The notes under the pieces: generated by a model
Told to the model about the DNA's origin: nothing
The model's database searches: none
What the model saw: only the letters and a program-made list of their open reading frames with translations
Assembly (NCBI GenBank): GCA_047495785.1
Contig: JBLDXI010000032.1
Location: forward strand, 2,170,001-2,234,000
DNA: 64,000 nt
Direction: 5' to 3'
Source of the DNA: Lepidodermella squamata
Taxonomy: Eukaryota > Animalia > Gastrotricha
Made by a program: the position numbers and the translations under genes
Part shown: piece after piece, positions 1-10,969 of the stretch
Layout of the letters: every line of letters begins with the position of its first letter
Numbering within the stretch: position 1 is the first letter of the stretch

Positions 1-3000
1 TTGAGGCAGTCGGATTTAGTGAGGAAGAGACGTTTCCTAGGTATCTGCAAACTTAAGGAGCCGCTGCAAGCTATACGGGGAAAATATCCGTCAAAAAATC
101 ATAAAATCAAAGCCACTGAACCATTCGAATTTGCAGGGTAGCAACCCACGACACCATTTTCACTCAAACGTATACAGCGAATCCATCCAACCTTTTCGGA
201 ATGAATAATATCGAGCCACATGTTCTAATAAAATAACCTACGAAGTTCATGCACGTTTCATAATTTCGGTTGAAGTATAGGGATTGGACAAAGACTGCCA
301 TCTGTCATAAAGATATCAGTATTTTAAGCAAAATTTATTTATCGCATAACAGACCTCTGTTTCAGTATGGTTATCGCAGACGTCGGCAGTACACCGAAAT
401 GTCCCATCGTTTTTGGCGCAATACCTGGCTGACTATTTTTAATGAAAAGACTGTGGCTAAACAAGGACAAGATTAACGCTAATAAAGTCTTACTCCAATG
501 GTGCATTTATCGATGCTACTGTAGACAATTCTGTCGAGTTCCATCTGTTTATAAAGAAAAATTACTTCTGAACTTGCACATATTGTTTCAATTACTAACA
601 AAACCTGGATCGCATTCTGATAGTTGTGCGACGCAGGTTGGATTTCGTTTATTGACGTCAACACATCGAATCACCTCAACCTAGAAATCGAATGCGGTAA
701 AAAATCATCATAGTAATAGGCTCTTGAGATTCTCAACTTACATTTGCCTTGCAAACTCTAACAGCCGGATTGTAGTTTTCTTCCAGGTCAACGTAACTAT
801 CATAAACTGCCACCTTGAAAAGCATATGCCACGTAAGAAGTGTTAGACTTGAAGGAAAATATCAGCTCAGTTTACCGTAGTAAAGCTCGACGGGCAGTTG
901 TAATTCGTTGAAGTCATGGCGTATTCATTTGTAGCTCTGTTGAGGCAGCAGACAGCCTTCTGAAAAAGAAATACAGTGCGCCTTCAATAAATGTAAACCG
1001 AAAATTTACTCCACACCTGTTAGAAGTCCTCACTGTCTAAACCTAGACTCTGGGGGGTACTTTCGGGTATTTTCGGCAACAAATTTATCGAACCAAAAGG
1101 TTCACCCATCAGATTCTTTTGGGGCTTTCTTGCCTGGACCTCTCGAGCTGGGGGGAAGTTACCCCCCGTCCCCCCTGTACTTCGCACACTGCTAGAGTAT
1201 ACAAAGAACTTACTCCTGTCTCGCACTGCTCCAAAGTTTGGAAGTATTGAATTGGGGTAGTCGGATCTATAGGAACCATCTAAAAGTACTCGTCAAAGAG
1301 AGATAGTGTAAAATTATAGAAATAACTCACGTCGATGGAGGCTCTCTTTGCTGTACCGTTACAGCCTGGCGAATTCACTGGTTGACAACCTCTAAAACTT
1401 CGTCTGTTTGGGTCTATGCAGCGGGTGAAAGGGACTGCAAAACTCGAAATATTACTCCTTAAAGAAGCTAAATATCATTGGAACTTACTGCAGTCTGGGA
1501 CTGAACAGACGCTGGTAGTGCTGCCGCCAGTGTAACAGTAGACGCCACTGCGGCCTTCAGGATTGCGGCATGCAGCACCAGACGCCAGTATGTCGCCTCT
1601 CGGGAAGAGTAATGGGTTCAGAGGAGTCATCGTCCATGATGAGCATGCCTGCGAAGGGGTCGCCTTAGCCATGGAACCCTCGTAGTCGTAGCCGGTTTTA
1701 GTAAATTTACACTCTTTGGTGAGGCGTGTCCCCTTCTGCGTCCCGCAAGTCGCGTAGATCACCATGGTAAACTTTATTGTTGCCTGATACGCATAAAGCT
1801 GCGGATCGTGGTACAGCCTCATCACCGCCCATTGGTTGTTTGTCTCGAGCAATCGACCGGCCTTGACGGTGCTTATGCAGATCCTGGAATTACGTCAAAA
1901 TAAATCTCAAGCACTACATTTTCGCAAAAACTTGTGGCAGTTTAAGATTCACGTCCACCTTAAAAATTTTTATTCTCAATTTTTTATTATAACGCCCCCA
2001 ATCGATAAATCTCACTATTACGTGTAGCTTGTGCTATGGTCGATTACGAGTATCGATTTTACAAATTAACAATTTTCCGATATTTCAAAAATTTTCCAGA
2101 ATTTTTAATTTTTAAAAATAACTGAAAATCAATCATAACTGATATTGGGCCGGAATCCACTCGCCTCATTGGAAGGGATTTTTTACACCAAATTATGGCC
2201 AAATTTGATTCATGTCGATTTATTGTCGATTTTGACAAAATTTCTGGCTTAATTCCCTATTTGTGTCCAAAATTAAAAATTAATTGACATTAATATGTAT
2301 CATGTCCCAGGGTCATTATCGTTCAAAAAAAGATAAATTTGCAAATAATCGGAAATGGCCAAAGGTAAAATTTTAGCGATGAAAAGATTTATGCTCGATG
2401 GACATACTTGTTCCTGGGCGCGGTAAAGTTTGCCGTTCTGACTTCCAAATAACTAAAGCAGCCATCAGCTTGAAAAGAAAGCGGATTTCAGGTTTAATGT
2501 TTTTAAGGCACATTTATATTTCAAACCGTTTCCGCCAAGACCTGGAGCATTCTCGAGAGCGAAAACCATGCCGGTCCCGGTGGTCGACACGTTCCAGAAG
2601 CATTCGCCCTTCCCGTATGTGTCGGAAGCTATAGATATCCGGCCTGTACTGCAAGGCCCGATCTGAACCGACCCGCCGCAATTCGGTAATGTTGACTCGG
2701 CGAGGCGCTCGCAGAAAACGCCACCGAGTCCAGGGGGACACAGACACGAGTTACAAGTGCTGGGATTCATGTAGCCGTTGTTCTCGCATTCCATATCACT
2801 GTTTCCACACTTCAAAGCTGAAATATAATTACTTATAAAGTCAATTTTCAGGTGAATTTTCTGAGAAATATATTACAGCGTGTCCCATAAGTAACGCAAG
2901 CAAAGCAAATACACGGGAAAGGGTTCAGAAACTCTAAAATGAGAGACGAAGTCACAACTCATGGCCTAGAAATTGTGGAAAAATTGAAAAAAAATCGTTA

Positions 3001-5439
3001 ACAGTTAAAGTCCGGAGAAATTTGTTCCAACCGGGTAAAATACCGAAAATTACCGAGCCAGTTACCATCGGGGTTTTACGGGTTTTCTCCGGTAAAATTG
3101 TATTTATTTGGGTAAATCGTAGATGAAAGATAGATTATTCTCTCGGTAGGTTTAATTTTAAAAATGAGTTTAATTTCCTAAAAACGTTGCCAGATTAAAA
3201 AACATTTGCGCAACTTCTGGGACACGCTGTATATGTCGTGGGCGCTAGCGAAATTTGGGCGTATTACGTAATACGCCTAGGTGTGTATCGAATACAGAAA
3301 CGCCTGGGCGCGATATGTAATATGAGTGATAACTAGGCCCCAGTCGAAATTACCAATGGCGCCAGGCGCTAGGGGTTATATTGAGGTTTGCGCGAAGATC
3401 ATCTTCCAAATTGTAGATGATATGGGTTTTAATATGGTTTGATGTTGATTGCGCCTTTATTGCTTGCTCTGTGTATAAAATTCTTAGAGATTTTAACGTG
3501 TATTTCGATATTCGATTCGATTCGATTCGATTCGATTCGATATTCGATATTCGACTGGCGCCTAGGCGTATTAAGGTATATCATTAACGCCTAGGCGCAT
3601 TCGATGATATTGTCAAGTCTTAGTCGCGAGCGTGCATATTCGCTGGCGCCTAGGCGTATTCCGAATACGCCATTTTCGACTGGCGCATGCGACATATATG
3701 TGTTACGACCCATGTCCGACTCGTGTACCACATCGCCGTTTGGTCGACCAGACCCCGACGTGGCTATAGGCGATTTCCACGTCGCGCTCTGATCGACCAG
3801 GATGCGACGTGGAACTCGAGTAATGCCCCGTCGGGGTCTGGTCGACCAGACCGCGATGTGGTCGCTTTCGGACTTGGGTCGTAACATATGCATAATTATA
3901 GCATGCGCGCGTGTTTACTGAGGGAATATTTAGATAAGACTTGGGAATTTTTCAGGCCTCCAAAGCCCAATTTTGCGAAAATAAAGCATGTATTTATCAA
4001 AATTTGCGTTCGAGGGGAGCCGCTATATAGTGATATAGTGATGAGATCAAAATCGCAGCATCTTCTTTTGACTAACCTTTGCATTTGTAGTGGAGATTTA
4101 TTTTCTGGAAATCAATGAACGATATGAACTGGGTTTGGCCGAGGTTGTATTGCGAGCGGGGGTCAACAGTCTTAATCGTCGGCTTGTCTGGCGTGCTTTT
4201 CCAGTACCAACTCGGGTGCGAGCTCGACTCGGTATCGTAAAACGTGCCGTAGTTGTTGTCGTTGCTATCAACGTCGAACAAAGCAGCCGAATACCTATAT
4301 TTTTCGATTGAAATGACTATACTTCGAAAGAGTTCGAAATGCTAAAAATATTACGCGGGAACATTGTCCGCTTGCACCTCGACAAAATTATCTCGATCGG
4401 CTCTCACGTGCTCGTAATTCTGAAACATAACAAATGTTTTTTAACCGTTAACTAGTGAAAAGTGATGTTTGTTTGATATTTTTATTACTTCTATAGATTT
4501 GGATACCGCTTACAAAGTTAAATCACCCAGGAGTCAACCGATATCAAACCGAAGTTCGTACTCGTCAGATTTGCTGAGAATATCGACTTCAAAGTTAACC
4601 AATAAAATCATTATGATAATTAAAATAGAGTTAAATGTTGAGCGTCGCAAATGTTGAGTGAATGTAGCAAACTTTACGATCGATAATCAATCTATTATCG
4701 AAAATCGATTTTTCCGAAATTTGCGTAATGGCTATGAATTTTACGATATTTTACGAAATATTTGAGAAAATTTGCGAATTCAAAATATGCAAGAAAAATA
4801 TTCGAGAAAAATTCTCAAGTTCGGAAAACCCCGCTTTTCGTTTGTCATTTGTTTTATGCCTAACTTAAAATATAAAACTTGCCAATCCTAGTGTTCGGCC
4901 GATCAAGGCAGCAATTTTCGGAATCTAAAAATAAAGCAAACTTCATTCAAATCACCCGCTTTCCAGTTAAACAATACATCTTGGAAACAGGGTTTCCCCA
5001 AAATGATGTAATTCGGAGGCTCTGTCTTGCCAACTTTCGCGAAGCACCTATGAATATTCAGTGATTCACTCATCGAAGTTGAGCAAAATGATTAAAAATC
5101 GTTACTCTTGGCCTAATGTAAATATCACAACATCTGGCGTTGTAGTGTCGAAGTCAGGTGACCACGCGACAGGTAGTGGCACGAAAGTTATGCACGTTGA
5201 TTGAGACCAAATAGCCATCGCCGCTTGGATGTTCGCGACTTGATCACCTATTCATTTTGTCAGTTGCAGAAGCCAAATATCGAACATGTAATCAGCTCAC
5301 CCAAGTTCTTAGTATCAATTATGTATTTCACAGTTGCGCCTGGCCATAATTGGGCCGAATTCGGGATTGACTCTATCTGGCGGAAGAGAAACGCCAAAGC
5401 AAGACAACAGTAGAGCGGCCAAAATGAGCGGTGTTTCAT
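1..5439 (-). CDS. Secreted astacin-like pseudo-metalloprotease with EGF, CUB, kringle and a Cys-rich C-terminal repeat; multi-exon, 3' end beyond the window edge
   Basis: Reconstructed in-frame exons 5439-5301, 5247-5106, 5047-4978, 4924-4883, 4419-4355, 4294-4077, 2817-~2408 (small internal intron ~2470-2512), 1883-1489, 1434-1331, 1279-1214, 959-876, 813-742, plus further small exons to position 1. Signal peptide MKHRSFWPLYCCLALAFLF. Astacin hallmarks: WPGATVKY, AMAIWSQSTCITF, CFAKVG, EHVRADRD, YDTES, LGQ..ISFIDFQKINLHYKC. EGF CENNGYMNPSTCNSCLCPPGLGGVFC; CUB-like DGCFSYLEVR; kringle YEG..CSSW..CRNPEG..VYCYT..CSVPDC. Confidence 0.85.
1041..1157. repeat. Short dispersed repeat, in an intron; second copy in opposite orientation at ~60114-60230
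   Basis: tactttcgggtattttcggc...cctggacctctcgagctgggg here is the reverse complement of ccccagctcgagaggtccagg...gccgaaaatacccgaaagta at 60120-60224. Confidence 0.6.
2876..3229. mobile_element. Tc1/mariner-like MITE in an intron
   Basis: TIRs cagcgtgtcccataagtaacgcaa / ttgcgcaacttctgggacacgctg, each flanked by TA. Confidence 0.75.
3273..3665. repeat. Cluster of cgcctaggcg palindromes surrounding a (TTCGA)n microsatellite
   Basis: Repeated cgcctaggcg(tatt) units at ~3274, 3559, 3588 and 3647; (ttcga)n run at ~3505-3553. Confidence 0.6.
3699..3887. mobile_element. ~190-bp hairpin MITE
   Basis: tgttacgacccatgtccga...tggtcgaccagaccccgac / gtcggggtctggtcgacca...tcggacttgggtcgtaaca. Palindromic along almost its whole length. 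Confidence 0.7.
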
Positions 5440-5903
5440 ATCACCTCGTGGAAATAAACTAAATTGATCCAAATAAATAGTTAGGCCTATATGCCACGTA
5501 AAAATTGTTTAGAAATATTATTAAATGATGATCCGTTTCAATTTTTAGCGGCGCGTGCCGTTGTAGAATGCTCGTGTAAGAGTAAAAAATCTCAACATGG
5601 AGAATTCAGGAGCGTGCCGCGGGAAGATGAAATACATCAAAATGGTAAACAGCAGAACAGCCGATTTCATTCACAAATTGATCTATTCAATTGAAAAGCC
5701 GCGGAAAAACTGTGGTTTATCCCGATGTCCTGATTTCCAGCTTTCAAATTGAAATTTATATTTCGGAATCAGACCAAAATAGAGCTACAAATATTTTTTA
5801 CCTGAAGTTATTATTCTGAACCTCATCTGAATATTCACACCACTCCGTCCGAAATTTATTAATAAATTAATTTGCACGATTAACTGCAATATGAGTGGTG
5901 CTA

Positions 5904-7511
5904 AGAGCATCCCGCCCTTCGGCCACTTTTTGGGGTTTCCTTTTTATGCCAGCCAGGTGAATTTCAAAAAAATATTCGGCAATTACAGAATTTTATAGAG
6001 GAGTAATTGGGCTATCAAATGGCGGTCCGGACGATTTTACCTCGATTTTTGGCTAATTTTTTAGTCACATAGACACATAGGCTCTTGGCCGGAATTAGTA
6101 GTAGGGCAAGCTTTGTTGCTTTACCTGTGAGCTTTGCCTTGACGACGAGATGCCCGAACCTCTGGTGTTTATAACATGGCAACAAAGCACTTGAAAAACG
6201 ACATGAGCACCGTCGCCCATTTCTAATGCGATCACGTGCTTGAAAAATCATGAAACAGATTGGCTCAACAAGATGCAAATTTCCTAAGTTGCGTGCAAAA
6301 AAACTGCTACACAGCACTTGCCATGGTGTCCAAATTTCGGCCGGTGGCCGAATTTAGGACGCTGCGGCAGAATTTCGGAAGTGACCGAAATTATTGATTC
6401 CTGCTCTCTGAAAACACCTCGCACGAATAATGAGATTTTTTATTCATACGAATCGTCGGCAATTTTCGGAACCATCAAGATAAATGAGTCGAAAATTTTG
6501 TTTACTTCAACATCAAGCCGCTGATAAATAAGCAGACCATCTGGCACCCAAACGCGAGTTCGTCAGTCTCTAGCGTAGGTATCTAGTAGAGGAGGGAGCC
6601 CTAATTTCGGCCACTTCCTAAATTCGGCCGCTGCGTCCTAACTTCGGCCACCGGCCGAAATTTGGACACGAAGTGCAGCAGTTTTATTTGCACGTAATTC
6701 AAGAAATTTGCATTGTTGAGCCCATCTGTTTCATGATTTTTCAAGCACGTGATCGCAAAAAAATAATTCTAAATGCGAGCGAGCGGGCTTATGTCGCTTC
6801 TCGAGTGCTCTGTTGCCGCTACTTTGCAGGCATAATTTACGTGAAACTGGCTCTTTAAAATTTACTGCTGTCACCTCAATAATTACCAGCTAAATGCCAG
6901 CTTCATTTTGGTATAAAATATTCTATCTAAAACCGCCCAGGCGAAGAGATCGAGAGGGCACATTTTAGGGTTTTCGAGGGTTCGATTCCAAAAATTAGCA
7001 GTCAATAGTGGAATTGAATTCGGGAAAACAAAATCGATACTCTCATTCTACAGGAGGCAAGGGATTTTTTAGATATTTTTCCAGAATTTCAGAAAGTCAA
7101 CTGCAATTAGACTATTAGGTAGAAAACAAGTTATCAAACTTGTACGTGTCAAAACAATTTTGAGTTTCAGGCATCACGTCTTCAAGGAAGAGCTCACAGG
7201 TGAAGCAACAAAGGCGGTTTTTATAGTCAGCTTTTTGAGACAAATCTAGCGATACCAAACGTATGGTATTAGTGTACCTGGATGAGGTGGCCGAAATTGA
7301 GTCACCCCGCTCCCTAATTCCGGCCGGGTGTCTGTGTGACTAAAAAATAAGCCATAAATCAAGGTAAAATCGTCCGGACTTGGGGAAAGCGGCATTCGAT
7401 AGCTTAAGAACTCATCTTTAATTCTGCCTTTGCCGAATATTTTCTAAAAATTCACCTGGCGGGCAAAGTAAGAAAAACCAGAAAAGCGGCCGAAATTAGG
7501 GCGGGGTGCTC
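5904..7511. mobile_element. Non-autonomous foldback (long inverted repeat) DNA element
   Basis: Ends gagcatcccgccc / gggcggggtgctc(TA). Inverted matches: ~5905-6078 with ~7328-7511, ~6105-6160 with ~7162-7212, ~6178-6380 with ~6615-6818. No ORF with recognisable motifs. Confidence 0.7.
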
Positions 7512-7788
7512 TACGTTCTCTACATATTGAACTATGTCTGCGGGACATAAATTCAACGAGATTTTGAAACAGCTGTGAACTCGGTTTCTTCGTTGTTTTG
7601 ACAAAATCTTTCAGGCTCAGGGAATTTATTGAACATTGATATTATTGGCAAGATTCAAGGTCACGTGTTAACTACAACGCCAAAATACGTCGTGAAAATT
7701 ATTAGTAACTGCGTTGCATAATTTCAAGCTATAAATAACATTTTTGGAGCACTGCCAGTAAATTTTCATTTCCACTGCAAAGTGTAAA

Positions 7789-8343
7789 ATGTCAGTAACT
7801 TCTTCACTAGTTTGCATGAATGCGAGGCGCAATTCGAACCCGGCGCTGAATTTGATGATCGACCCGCCGCCGCCACTGCCGCCAGCACTTGGCGTGAATG
7901 ATTCAATGCAAAGCGAGCTGATTCGACAAAATCTGGAGCTCATGAAGCAATGGCAAGCCATCGACCGAATGTCGCGAAAAATCGACGCAATCACCCCGCC
8001 GCCGCCGATAATCCACGCCGAAAATCAATCCACGCCAGCAGTTGATGCCATGTCATGCAAAAGCTACGAAAGCCGGCAACCGCTGACCACGTCAATCAAA
8101 ATTGATGATAAGCAGGAGACTGATGATAAATTATTACAGCAACCCGTGCAACTACGCCGCGACTGGTGTTTGATCGGCACGTGTTGGCTGCTGGCATTCG
8201 TCGTCATTTGTTTCACCCTGCTCAGTGTCGCCGTTGTCGCGTCATCACCGTGCTTTATTGGCTGCCTTAAAACTACAAGCAACAGTAGTAGTAACGCCGC
8301 CGGCCACTGCGCCGTGCAATGTTATTTACAACCGGCGACTTAA
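7789..8343 (+). CDS. Predicted type II single-pass membrane protein with Pro-rich cytoplasmic N-terminus and short Cys-rich ectodomain (family member 1, C-terminally shorter)
   Basis: 184-aa ORF. TM segment CWLLAFVVICFTLLSVAVVA is followed by SSPCFIGC..HCAVQC, a motif shared with the genes at 9148 and 35435. Confidence 0.65.
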   Translation: MSVTSSLVCMNARRNSNPALNLMIDPPPPLPPALGVNDSMQSELIRQNLELMKQWQAIDRMSRKIDAITPPPPIIHAENQSTPAVDAMSCKSYESRQPLTTSIKIDDKQETDDKLLQQPVQLRRDWCLIGTCWLLAFVVICFTLLSVAVVASSPCFIGCLKTTSNSSSNAAGHCAVQCYLQPAT

Positions 8344-9147
8344 TGAGGCGCGAAGATTTTTCTATTCCAACTTTTAGATAAATCGTGTGCTATCAAGTGA
8401 AAAATGGATTTTATGAATAATTTTGAAAGCTTCGTAAAATTTTATCGGCAATTTTAAATCATCGATACATGCAACAGTGTGAATATTTGAAAATACCCCG
8501 TTTCATTTGTCAAATTTTGTCCTTATACTAAATTTTAACTCTTTATACTTTGTATCTAAACCTCAATGAAGATTTGTATCGAATAAAAACTTTTCATTCT
8601 GAAACCGCGAGAATCGCTTGGGAATTGTTGTAAAACTATAATTTTTCAATTATTTTTTTGCGCTGCCCGGAATAATATTTTATATATTATAGTCGGGAAA
8701 TAATCGATTGCGAACAAGCTTGATTAATATATTATGCAGAATATTACCAATATTATGTACCTCTACACAATGAAAAGTTGTGTTATTTCAGCAGCGACTA
8801 TAGCACGTAAAACCTCAGGCTCGATGAAGTAGTATTCTGGCAAGAAAAAACACGAGTAGCCACTCTCTGCTTTAATGTCACGCGTCCGCCTTTTATTCAG
8901 CCAGCCGTGAAGATAAATTAGCGCGACGCTGCAATAATATTGCAATAAAATTTATGGCTATTGGTCACTTATCGCAGGCGGCTCTCTTATTTCGGGTGCG
9001 ACAAAACACTTCCGATCATTAAGGGTGTTTTTAATCACTGCACTCGCAATAAGTTCTAACATCTCAGCTTAAAAATATTTGCATTGTTTTTACGCACTGA
9101 TTGAATTAAGGTGGATGTTTTTAGGAGATAGTTATCCTGTTTTAACT

Positions 9148-10069
9148 ATGAAATTACCGAATGATACAACAACGACAGCGGAGAGTAGTTCGGAAAGTGA
9201 AGCCTTAGTTTCGTCTTCCTCGCCAGCTCAACGAATCATCGTCATTCATCAGCCAAATCATCAGAGAAAACGGCCTTGTTGGTGCATTAGGTGAGAATGC
9301 ATGCGAAAAAAATCTTAAACAAAATTAATCCCCCCGCCGATTTAATTTATTTAAAATCTCATTACTCAATATTTTTTCTAATTTTGTAGTTGAATAACAA
9401 CTATAGTACTACGCAACATGTTTTCAAATTAAAACAAAATTTAAATTTAAAAAATATTGACAACGGCGTGTTCACTAAGGGATAGTCAGAACTTGCAATG
9501 AAAATCACGTAGAATGTCGGCAGGGAATTTAACTTAATTTTCGAAATTAAGCCCATTGGGGGATCTTCCATCATTTATCCACGATTTTAACGAAGAAATT
9601 GAAAATGTACCGGAGAACACCCTGAAACCCCGATGGTAACTGGGTCGATAATTTTTGGGTTTTACCTGGTTGGATCGAATTTCTTCGGATTTTTTCAATC
9701 CCATTCACATTACTATTCTCATGGCATTTTACATTTTTGGATTTTTATGCCTCATTTTTCGACTTCAGGTGTATTTGTTGTTGTTGTCGAGCGATATGTT
9801 GCTGTTTATTCTCAACTGCAATCGTTTTATCACTGCTAATCGTGTTAACCGTCATTCTAATAACCTCGCCCTGCTTCCGCGGCTGTACGTCCAACTGCAA
9901 CCAGGACACGCCCCGCTGCTACTCGGATTGCGTGATCACGTGCTGGCGAGCGCACTGGTCCGAATGCCCCCGCGATGGCATGGACGTCTGCCTAGCGCTT
10001 GGCGTTCATTTCGTCTCGAAATCTGGCGATAAAATGTCGAAAATGCTTAACAACATGAGTGGAAGATAG
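9148..10069 (+). CDS. Cys-rich type II membrane protein (family member 2), two exons
   Basis: Exons 9148-9290 and 9769-10069 (AG|gtgag...ttcag|G, phase 2, in frame). PCWCIRCICCCCRAICCC, then TM, then TSPCFRGCTSNC..CYSDCVITC..HWSECPRDGMDVCLALG. Confidence 0.75.
9545..9715 (+). repeat. Dispersed intronic repeat; second copy at ~43213-43350
   Basis: Both share atccacgatttta(a/c)cgaagaaattgaaaa...gaaaccccgat...ggttggatc(g/a)aatttcttcgga...aatcccattcaca. Confidence 0.6.
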
Positions 10070-10969
10070 CAATAGACATCCCCATTCCTAATAGTTTTAA
10101 TTTTTCCGTGCAAAAAAGATGCATAAATTGGATCTTGTGAATGTGCCGTGTTGCCATTATACTCACTTTGGAAAAGTGATATACCTCGTAGTGCTGCAAA
10201 TACAAACCCGCGGGCTTATTTTCAAAGCCTCAAAGGCCTCAAATCATTGAAATTGGGCTTCTACAGATTAGAAAGTAGGCTTATACCATGTGGACTACAT
10301 GTGTCACATGATGGAGAATAAGCTCGATTTTGGCTTGGACCCTCGGAAATATTGACCTGGGCTAACCCTTCGTGGGGTTATGAAGCTGGAATCTCCTGGC
10401 TTACTTTAAAATCATTATTTGCAGCATTACGGAAACTAATCATTTAATGCCTATTTTTTACGATATAAATTTATATACGATTCACGTGATACAAATAAAT
10501 ATTACTGAGATTGGCTACTGAACATATTTTTTTCAACATTTTCTTACTGCTAAAATTTTATGTCCATTTGCTCCAGAAGGTGATGGGAGGCGTGCCATTC
10601 CCCACTCCGCGTGGGTCCTGTGAGGTGGCCAAATTATTGCCGGAGCCTTTCTGAGCTCAAGCAGCAAACAAGATTTTTTTACAGAGAACAAAGAAGCTTT
10701 GTAACCCTTGTGGCTGAAAAAAACAAGTACAGCATTAAACATTGTATATTATTGCATCAAAGAGATTTTATTACTTGATAAAGGTATAAATTCGTGTTAC
10801 CCTCGACATTTATATTAACAAGTCACGAGCACACTCAGCTATAAGTATCAAGTAGGCTCACCTATTTCTTTAGTCTTACAGCAAAATTCAACCTCACGAA
10901 TCTCGAATTTGCCCTAGGTATATTGAGTACCTTCATAGCATTGTGTTTGTTACATCTTTCAGGCGAATA

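Noticed and set aside
2465-2467. TGA ending the EGF-CUB ORF as possible selenocysteine or readthrough
   Set aside because: The same frame hits TAG three codons later. A ~43-nt GT-AG intron restores the CUB sequence DGCFSYLEVR in another frame.
3591-3893. Overlapping ORFs on both strands with repeated IAVWSTRPRRG peptides
   Set aside because: Artefact of the palindromic MITE.
6015-6858. Two ORFs sharing VEPICFMIFQARDR
   Set aside because: They are the two arms of the foldback element, not genes.
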